4,746 nucleotides of DNA from a virus (lineage: Duplodnaviria; Heunggongvirae; Uroviricota; Caudoviricetes): IMG/VR virus record IMGVR_UViG_2675903595_000009. One strand, written 5' to 3'. The position numbers and the translations under genes were made by a program. How positions within the stretch are numbered: the stretch's first letter is position 1; every line of letters starts with the position of its first letter. Under the pieces are notes generated by a model, which saw nothing but the letters and a program-made list of their open reading frames with translations, did no database searches and had not been told where the DNA came from. This document shows positions 4,672-4,746 of the stretch, piece by piece.

Positions 4672-4746
4672 ATGATATTTTTCCCTGAAGGCTGCCGGGG
4701 AGATATTCCCCAGACGAGAGTGACGACGCTGACGATTGTAGAAAAT
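4672..4746 (+). CDS. Possible 5' partial ORF (MIFFPEGCRGDIPQTRVTTLTIVEN...) running off the window, or the shifted continuation of the previous gene
   Basis: Frame 1 is open from 4633 to the window end; ATG at 4672; no clear SD. Confidence 0.2.
   Translation, partial: MIFFPEGCRGDIPQTRVTTLTIVEN

Noticed and set aside
1-4746. Search for tRNA, rRNA, CRISPR arrays and integrase/attachment sites
   Set aside because: No cloverleaf-like tRNA candidates, no regularly spaced direct repeats and no integrase-like ORF were seen; nothing to report.

Overview
This window looks like an accessory stretch of a lambdoid-type prophage in an enterobacterium (Escherichia/Shigella-like, judged from protein similarity recalled from memory; no searches were run). 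From left to right: (1) the first ~40-105 nt look like the left end of an IS3-family insertion sequence on the minus strand. (2) A phage replication-initiator gene with a DnaT-like C-terminus is split across three reading frames by two -1 shifts at poly-A runs, and carries iteron-like palindromes. (3) A DnaC-family helicase-loader gene starts 7 nt downstream and runs into a 440-nt assembly gap (1222..1661). (4) After the gap come two tightly linked small genes (winged-HTH-like; zinc-ribbon plus basic coiled-coil) followed by an intact QueH-like (DUF208) epoxyqueuosine reductase gene. (5) A complete hok/mok/sok-type type I toxin-antitoxin locus follows, with promoter, 5' stem-loop, in-frame mok/hok, a candidate antisense promoter and an intrinsic terminator. 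(6) Two further small genes of unknown function and a partial ORF run to the window edge. The strongest candidate for something new is the QueH-like gene with its two uncharacterised upstream partners as prophage cargo; this is a hypothesis, not a demonstrated system. Three frame breaks all sit at homopolymers of 6 nt or more and all are -1, so sequencing error in this draft assembly is as likely as real gene decay. No tRNA, rRNA or CRISPR array was seen.
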